From Lytechinus pictus (Eukaryota): 64,000 nucleotides of DNA. Position 1 is the first letter of the stretch, and each line of letters begins with the position of its first letter. This document shows, piece after piece, positions 61,280 to 64,000 of this stretch. The DNA lies in assembly GCF_037042905.1 (NCBI RefSeq), contig NC_087251.1:496001-560000 (forward strand), written 5' to 3'. Under the pieces are notes generated by a model. The model ran no database searches and was not told the DNA's origin. It saw nothing but the letters and a program-made list of their open reading frames with translations. Both the position numbers and the translations under genes were made by a program.

Positions 61280-61461
61280 TACACATCGCATCAGGACTTA
61301 GTTTTACTTTTACTAGTTTTAGTCTACAAAATTAACATTAATTTTATTTAGAGGACGGTCAGGTGTCTTACTTTAAGTTTAAGTTTAATAAAGTTTAAAT
61401 TTAGCAGACTGATGTTGATCTATCATCAGTATCATACTATAGTCATAATATTATTACTTAC

Positions 61462-61574
61462 TCATAATCTCTGAAGATTTCATTTGTAAGTCGACACAGG
61501 AAAACTTCCTCTGTTGGTTTCAGATCTTTTGGTAATTTCACAGGTCGAAATTCTCGACGACGAAGCAATGGCAT
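61462..61574 (-). CDS. BAZ1A: BAZ1A coding exon 1 (start codon, WAC N-terminus)
   Basis: Read manually, not in the ORF track: ATG CCA TTG CTT CGT... = MPLLRRREFRPVKLPKDLKPTEEVFLCRLTNEIFRDY, then GA|gtaagt donor; 113 nt, ends in phase 2. Confidence 0.93.
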
Positions 61575-62150
61575 TTTGCTTTAGACCTGGCGTGAACATC
61601 CAAACCACAGACAGTATACCGCCTTACCGGTACTCACGATCTGTACGAGAGAGAGCACACGATCAGAATGAATTGAACAATGGCAAGCCGACTATTTCGC
61701 AACACGAAGCCGGAATTCACGAAAACAACTTGCAAGAATCATCTTGATAACACTCACAAAATTGTAAAAATAACAAACAATGTCTAATTTACCTTACCAT
61801 ATGCACTGTTCAACTGGAGTACGGTATGCGCTCTCGAGTATAAAAAACGGAATAATAGAAGTTTCCCAGTCAGTACTTCAAGTACTCCAGCGAAAAGTCT
61901 GGGAAATAGCTCTTCAAATGATCGAGGGCGCGCTTCGTCGACGATTCGACTACTACTGCACTGGCATGATATGGGTCATGGATAAATGGCGCTCGATCTG
62001 TTCATGCAGCGCGCGCTATCTCGAGCAGCGTTAGCGAATTTGCACCTCAATACGATCATGGAGCTATGTATTATCTGTACCGGTATAATGCAGTGGATGG
62101 AGCAGAAACTAACATGGCCCTCTCGAGGGCCTACGAGCTCCCGATGCAAC
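61575..62150 (-). promoter_or_regulatory. Probable 5' UTR/promoter region of BAZ1A
   Basis: Non-repetitive, CpG-enriched stretch directly upstream of the ATG, bounded by repeats from about 62151. Candidate minus-strand donor sites near 61627, 61637 and 61797 hint at a non-coding first exon. TSS cannot be placed. Confidence 0.45.
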
Positions 62151-64000
62151 CAGTGGCGTAACTACGTGCCACTCCCACCCCCCCCCCCCCTTTTACTGGT
62201 AAAAAATAAGGGGAGAGAGAATCAAAATGGGAAAATTTAGAATTTGATTAATCGTAATTTGCTTTGATATGGGCCTATACGCATAGGCGGATCCGGGGGA
62301 GGGCCGAGGGGCCCGGCCGGGCCCCCCCCCCTATTGGTGGAGCCCTGTGGTGGAGCAAAAAAAAGAAAAAAGGGGGAAAGAAAGAAAAAAGAAAAAGAAG
62401 AGAAAAGAGAGGAGAAAAAAGACGGGGAAACATAAGAGGAGGAAGACGAGTGAATAAAATGAGATGAGGGGAAGACTTAAAAAATTATCAAAAAAATATT
62501 TCATGTCACTATATAAAATTTTCGCTCGCGCTTCGCGTTCGCATTGCCTTTTAGGTGATTTACATATCTTGCTCAATATGGAGCTTCAAATATCAAATTT
62601 TGAAGTCAATATACAAAACATATTTCATCTCGGAAATCGAACTTTCATTATTTTGTTTGATTTACAAATTGATTTTTTAAAGTGCTCTGTAAAAATTTAT
62701 GTTTTATGGTCTGAATATTTTATGGTCTGAACATTTTATGCTCGCGCTGCGCGCTCGCAAAACTTGATTTGTAAGATACCTATTATTTTCCTGTATTCCA
62801 TAAAGTTCTCAAAATATCCCTATTCAGGTCAAATTGTCAAAGTGTATCAGCTAAAGCTGCACGCTCGCATTTTGATTGGTTAGTTATGTTTATCTAAATT
62901 TTAATTCTAAACAAACTACTTAAAATCCCCATTTCATGACAGTTCATCAAAAATTTCCGCTCGCATTTATTGTTGAAAAGATATTAACTCATGCATCTTA
63001 TTCATAATTACTAAAATACTTTAAATGTTCAGTTTTCAGGCCATGATATCAGCAGATTTTGCGCTCTCATTAGGCTTATTAAATTAATGAATAAGATATC
63101 AATTCAATAATCTAATTGTCCCTTTTTCAGAATGTAATATCGACAAGTTAAATTTCGCTTAGGAAGAGAAATAGGAAGATAATGTCCTTATAGAATGTCC
63201 CGGTCCTATTTCAGAATTCAAAGTAATAATAATGAAACATATCAGCTCTTTTTTCTAACTGTGATCCATTTCCACCTCGCAACAGAGCTTAAATCGACAC
63301 TTTTTCCGATCGGAATATCAAATATTTCAAGCCCGCGCTTCGCGCTCGCTTTATTGATTTTCATGATAAAAAAGTTATTTAGAATACCCAAACTCCGATA
63401 CGCATCTTGTTCTCTATATAAATCATTATCCAGTTTCAGATCACAAATTATCAAAAAATTTATTATTAATGTAGGAAAATTTCCACTTACACATCCTTTC
63501 CATGATTTACAAAACCTGAATAGAGTGTCCCATTTTTAGGTGTAAATCTCAGATTTTTTCCGCTCGCGCTTCAAGCTCGCATCAATTATTTAGTTACTTA
63601 TCCTTTTCATGATTACAAAAAATGCTTAGAATTTCCATTCTTCAGGTAGAAATGTCAAAATTTGAAGCTCGCGCTTCGCGCTCGTATTGTTTGATAGTTG
63701 AAATATAAAACGTCTTCATGGCTAACAAACAGCCGTTAACAGATCCTTTTTTTATCAGATCAAAACGTATATTTAAAAAAAAATTCTACTCGCGCTTTGC
63801 GCTTGCATTATTAATAAAGATTTCCAATTACTCATCCTTTTCATGATTTATAGAGTGTCCCATTTTTAGGTGTAAATCTCGATTTCTCCGCTCGCGCTTT
63901 GCGCTCGCATCAATTATTTAGTTACTTATCCTTTTCATGATTACAAAAAGTGCTTAGAATTTCCATTCTTCAGGTAGAAATTTCAAAATTTTCAGCTCGC
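62151..64000. repeat. Interspersed repeat (non-autonomous transposon-like) with periodic GCTCGCGCTTCGCGCTCGC motifs; runs off the window
   Basis: Starts CAGTGGCGTAACTAC, with a second start CATAGGCGGATCC near 62282; motif recurs more than 10 times; direct duplication of about 63519-63670 at about 63850-64000. Confidence 0.7.

Larger units (their letters stand above)
975..61574 (-). other. BAZ1A: Span of multi-exon gene for BAZ1A/ACF1-like chromatin remodelling subunit (WAC-DDT-WHIM-PHD-PHD); 3' part probably continues beyond position 1
   Basis: 20 exons joined by GT-AG introns keep one open frame. N-terminus MPLLRRREFRPVKLPKDLKPTEEVFLCRLTNEIFRDYDDFFKRTILCNSLVWSCSLTGRPGLTYQEALESE is the characteristic BAZ1A/ACF1 WAC domain, and the domain order matches. 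Confidence 0.95.

Overview
AT-rich animal genomic DNA, with no prokaryotic features. The repeat content resembles echinoderm (sea urchin) DNA, which is an inference. Almost the whole window is one minus-strand gene, a BAZ1A/ACF1 orthologue (ISWI-complex accessory subunit). I traced 20 GT-AG coding exons with consistent reading phase from the ATG at 61574 down to 975 (4400 nt, about 1466 codons). They encode WAC, DDT, WHIM1-3, PHD1, an acidic tract and a second PHD finger; the bromodomain is not in the window. The introns are packed with mobile DNA, often nested up to three levels with readable target-site duplications. This includes an intact 1016-aa APE-RT LINE, a truncated LINE split by a TTAA element, and a decayed Penelope-like element with inverted pseudo-LTRs carrying hammerhead ribozyme motifs. 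It also includes about eight co-oriented Helentron/HINE (Tsp/pearl-like) elements, several classes of non-autonomous DNA transposon, and two minisatellites (43 bp and 54 bp units). I found no convincing wholly new biological system. The best leads are the intronic hammerhead motifs, the symmetric second-PHD exon, the nesting and orientation bias of the HINE elements, and several large RNA-hairpin-forming inverted repeats. All coordinates were read by eye.
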